Positions 62,123-64,000 of a stretch of 64,000 nt of DNA are shown piece after piece. Under the pieces are notes generated by a model that saw nothing but the letters and a program-made list of their open reading frames with translations, ran no database searches and was not told where the DNA came from. The position numbers and the translations under genes are program-made. Origin of the DNA: Macrostomum hystrix (taxonomy: Eukaryota > Animalia > Platyhelminthes); the NCBI GenBank assembly GCA_950097015.1, contig CATNEN010000039.1:13578001-13642000 (forward strand). The letters run 5' to 3'. The stretch's first letter is position 1. Every line of letters starts with the position of its first letter.

Positions 62123-62550
62123 TCAGGCCCTGGACTGCTGCAACAGACGGTCCAGTTTGTCCTCGATTCTAGCCAGCCGAGATTCCATCTCTCGGCTGCG
62201 ATTCTGCACCGCCGTTAGGCCGGTCATCATGAAGCTCTGGTTGCGGTGCATCTCGGTCAGGCTCACCGAACTGTCAGCCAAGCGTTTCTGATCTCCGCGC
62301 AGCTCCCGGATGCGATGAATCGAGTGCAGCAGGCGTCTCTGGTGCTTCAGCGTCCTGCCAGCGTTGCCAGCCTTCTTGTACTTGTAGGACAGCCAGCCCT
62401 CCTTCAGTATATTCGCTGCGGCGTGCTTGACCTGTTTGTCCAGCTCGATGTCGATGACAAAGTTATGGACGTACTTTTCGGCCCGGGATAGTTCGAGTTT
62501 TCGGGCCAGCACCGCCACTACCAGGGCGGTGACACCGGTGCCGAAGAGGC
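62123..62550 (-). CDS. Small-conductance Ca2+-activated K+ channel (SK/KCNN family), last coding exon
   Basis: S6 and calmodulin-binding domain GLFGTGVTALVVAVLARKLELSRAEKYVHNF...KHAAANILKEGW...HQRRLLHSIH, then a C-terminal coiled coil. CAG acceptor at 62553-62551. Confidence 0.92.
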
Positions 62551-63045
62551 CTGTTGAACGGATTCAGAGTTGTAGGCGTTAGTATGGTTGTATAGTCTAG
62601 GCTAAGGCAGGTGCATTATATTCTAATCAAGCGATTTTTTTATTTTTTAACTTTAAGGAAATTAAAATGTACTTTGCACTTAGTTCAATACTATAAACTG
62701 CAGACAGGCGCAATATAGAAATTGGTACTTTATAGCGCAAAGAATTCAAGTAAAGCTTTAAAAAACAGTGTGACTCAGAATTCATTCTTATTCACATGTC
62801 GCTTTGAATACGAATACTAATATCGCTATAGAAATTGCTTTTGCCTTTTTACGAAATTTATGACCAACTGATCCACTAGTCTCAAATGGCACTCGATAGC
62901 GAACTCGTCGCTCACTGCTGGAGCATTGGAAAGACATATTATTACACTGACATGCTGAGCCATATTTGGCATACTGCTTGATAGCTGCTCAATGTCTTAT
63001 TTGATTCTTACTGCGCGTTCATGTATATTATTAAATAATTATATA

Positions 63046-64000
63046 CGAGGGTTGTGTCATAAATTCGCTGACAAACTTACATAGCGTCTGTTTCTTTTGT
63101 ACTTTGGGGGGGGGCAGAATTTTTTGATACAGACTAAGGCACCATCGATCTTATTGTCTATGGAAAATCTTCCCTCTGGCTTTTGAGACAAGGCAGAAAT
63201 CGAGTGGGATTCAAACCACCCTTTTATCCAGTATGGAGAAAAGTGAAGCTACCAAGCGCACTGCCATTTGGTCTTTGTGGAAGAAGCAGAAGAAGCAGGC
63301 TGATATTTGCCGTGAGCTGCTGCAAATCTTTAGCGAGGATGCACCTTCGAAACAAACTGTGTCAAAGTGGGTGCAGCGCTTTGAGGACGGCTGGGAAACA
63401 GTTGATGATGCTCCCCGCCCAGGTGCACCGCGGTCATCCACTTCCAGTGATAACATCCAGCGTGTGCAGCAAGCCCTGGACGATGATCGTGGAGTAACCC
63501 TGAGGCAGTTAAAGGACTTGTTGGAGATACCAATGAAGAGCATTCATTGCATTATCTCCGACCATCTGCATATGACACGAGTTGTTGCACGATGGGTCCC
63601 TAAACTGCTGACTCCTGTCCAACTGCAAGAGAGGGTCCAGATGTGCCGCCACCTACTCAACGCCTATCAAAACGAGCCCGAATTTCTTGGCCGCCTGGTG
63701 ACTGGTGATGAAACGTGGTTTCACATCTACGAACCAGAAACGAAACGGCAGAGCAGCATCTGGAAGGCTACTCACGAACCCCCACCGGTCAAGGCCAAGG
63801 CGGTGCAGTCAGCAGGTAAGCGCATGGCCACCGTGTTCTGGGACAGAGAAGGCATCTTGCTGATCGAGTGGCTACCTGAAGGCAGAACCATCAATGCCCA
63901 GTACTACTGTGAAATATTGGAACGGCTGCGTGAGAAGATCAAGAGTGAGCGCCGGGGAAGGATCACCAGGGGCATTGTGCTGCAGCAGGACAAAGTCAGG
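63046..64000 (+). mobile_element. Mariner transposon (left end and transposase, runs off window) in the SK gene intron
   Basis: TA target followed by the TIR start CGAGGGTTGTGTC. Transposase ORF from 63233. Confidence 0.9.
63233..64000 (+). CDS. Mariner transposase (256 open codons to the window end)
   Basis: KQTVSKWVQRFEDG...DDAPRPGAP, ARWVPKLLT, LVTGDETWFHIYEPETKRQS, SAGKRMATVFWDREGILLIEWL...TINAQYY. Confidence 0.9.
   Translation, partial: MEKSEATKRTAIWSLWKKQKKQADICRELLQIFSEDAPSKQTVSKWVQRFEDGWETVDDAPRPGAPRSSTSSDNIQRVQQALDDDRGVTLRQLKDLLEIPMKSIHCIISDHLHMTRVVARWVPKLLTPVQLQERVQMCRHLLNAYQNEPEFLGRLVTGDETWFHIYEPETKRQSSIWKATHEPPPVKAKAVQSAGKRMATVFWDREGILLIEWLPEGRTINAQYYCEILERLREKIKSERRGRITRGIVLQQDKVR

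Overview
Eukaryotic (animal) genomic DNA: GC-rich spliced exons with GT-AG introns in AT-rich, minisatellite-rich sequence. This style is consistent with a free-living flatworm such as Macrostomum, but the organism is an inference. Recognisable genes are a LYRM2-like exon, a secreted WSC+PAN protein, a small amidated cationic peptide precursor, ERCC1, a REXO4-like 5' exon abutting the 3' half of NT5C2, two tandem three-finger (Ly6/uPAR-like) membrane protein paralogs, a 12-exon SLC6 amino-acid transporter with a complete BTB-BACK gene nested on the same strand in one intron, and the last exon of an SK (KCNN) channel. Mobile DNA includes two solo LTRs with target-site duplications (TSDs), a Gypsy gag-protease relic, three tRNA-derived SINE families, MITE-like elements, a Myb/SANT-maT transposase chimera, a mariner with an uninterrupted transposase ORF, and Polinton/adintovirus major-capsid and cysteine-protease relics. 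About 19 kb is tandem repeat. The strongest candidate for a new system is a ~6.3-kb-offset segmental duplication. Its two three-finger genes have near-identical upstream region, signal peptide and intron but hypervariable finger loops, and each copy is followed by the same minisatellite pair and a relic of the same Polinton-like virus. Single-base indels in four otherwise healthy genes look like long-read assembly errors. All protein assignments come from motif recognition, not database searches.
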